Assembly (NCBI GenBank): GCA_963705375.1
Contig: OY970071.1
Location: forward strand, 660,001 to 692,000
Length of the DNA stretch: 32,000 nucleotides
DNA from: Candidatus Saccharimonadota bacterium
Lineage (GTDB): Archaea; Micrarchaeota; Micrarchaeia; Micrarchaeales; Micrarchaeaceae
Direction of reading: 5' to 3'
Shown here: one piece after another, positions 31,580 through 32,000 of the stretch
How the letters are laid out: every line of letters begins with the position of its first letter
Position numbering within the stretch: the first letter of the stretch is position 1
The notes under the pieces: model-generated
Told to the model about the DNA's origin: nothing
Seen by the model: only the letters and a program-made list of their open reading frames with translations
Databases searched by the model: none
Translations under genes and position numbers: made by a program

Positions 31580-32000
31580 TCAAGGCATGAATTCCTTGTT
31601 CTTTATCTTGTCCTTGATGTAGTCGTCGACAAACGTAAGCCGGGGGCCCTGCAGCGCATCCTGCTCCAGCTTCGTCTTTGTCTTTATGACCTTGTTGAGC
31701 TCCTCGACCCACTTGGCGTGCTTGTTTATCCAGGAATATTCGAGCATCTCTTGCGCACGCTTTAGGTCGACGTCAGTGGCTTTCATTGTAAGATCCTTTA
31801 GGAAGCTGTAATGCTCGATATCAGACATCGTCACGCCGATGAATCTGGACTCCGGGGTCGCTATAGACTTGCCCATGTACGCCAGATTGATGCTTCCGGT
31901 CTTTATAGTCCAGTAGATGTACCACCCCCAAGCATCAGCATCGTTGAAGACATATACTGGCAGATCCGCGTCTGCAAGCTTCCTTATGAGACGCCTTGTG
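31580..32000 (-). CDS. top6A: DNA topoisomerase VI subunit A (Spo11-like), C-terminal ~139 aa (5' part is outside the window)
   Basis: The frame of ORF 31580..31876 stays open to the window edge. The extension reads TRRLIRKLADADLPVYVFNDADAWGWYIYWTIKTGSINLAYMGKSIATPESRFIGVTMSDI, which is the Toprim region of Top6A (..LPVY.L.D.DP.G..IY...K.GS..LA......ATP....IGV...DI). Confidence 0.85.
   Translation of the reverse strand, partial: TRRLIRKLADADLPVYVFNDADAWGWYIYWTIKTGSINLAYMGKSIATPESRFIGVTMSDIEHYSFLKDLTMKATDVDLKRAQEMLEYSWINKHAKWVEELNKVIKTKTKLEQDALQGPRLTFVDDYIKDKIKNKEFMP

Noticed and set aside
1-32000. Search for CRISPR arrays, tRNA/rRNA genes, transposases or integrases, toxin-antitoxin pairs and defence-system hallmarks
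   Set aside because: I saw no regularly spaced direct repeats, no tRNA-like T-arm or acceptor patterns in intergenic regions, and no ORF with transposase, integrase, nuclease-ATPase defence or TA-like features. The only tandem repeat is the in-frame ftsY array.

Overview
This looks like a compact archaeal chromosomal segment with about 33 protein genes on both strands and well over 90% coding sequence. Many neighbouring genes overlap by 1-4 nt in an ATGA pattern. All calls come from reading the ORF translations and the DNA by eye; no database search was run. Most of the window is core housekeeping. The genes recognised are: H+-pyrophosphatase (truncated at the 5' edge), Cgi121 (KEOPS), a short nuclease-only XPF, PheRS alpha and beta, ribosomal protein S26e, a beta-CASP RNase, the two subunits of ADP-forming acetyl-CoA synthetase followed by a class-III aminotransferase, an SDR epimerase, a GT2 glycosyltransferase, a GlyRS / Ogg-type glycosylase / translin-like operon, Nop5, the conserved archaeal block S19e / PDCD5-like / L39e / L31e / aIF6 / prefoldin alpha / FtsY, and the C-terminus of Topo VI subunit A (truncated at the 3' edge). 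L39e is too short for the ORF track and starts with GTG. I found no rRNA, tRNA, CRISPR array, transposase or integrase. Six regions are not explained by textbook functions. (1) A Tes/GDGT-MAS-like (COG1964-type) radical SAM gene sits between two uncharacterised proteins that share disordered tails and a C-terminal FGI[DE] motif. (2) Two paralogous ~750-aa polytopic membrane proteins carry sequon-rich external domains; one lies beside an epimerase and GT2 pair, the other beside a sequon-rich secreted protein. (3) Nop5 lacks its fibrillarin-binding N-terminal domain and no fibrillarin gene is adjacent. (4) FtsY has a His-rich ~21-aa repeat array at its N-terminus. (5) A zinc-finger membrane protein is translationally coupled to S26e, and elsewhere there is a tail-anchored tandem winged-helix protein. 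(6) An AT-rich orphan gene is bracketed by unusually long spacers. Lineage cannot be assigned from sequence alone. S26e and short XPF alongside Topo VI and ACD, together with the tight gene packing, would suit a small-genome archaeon.
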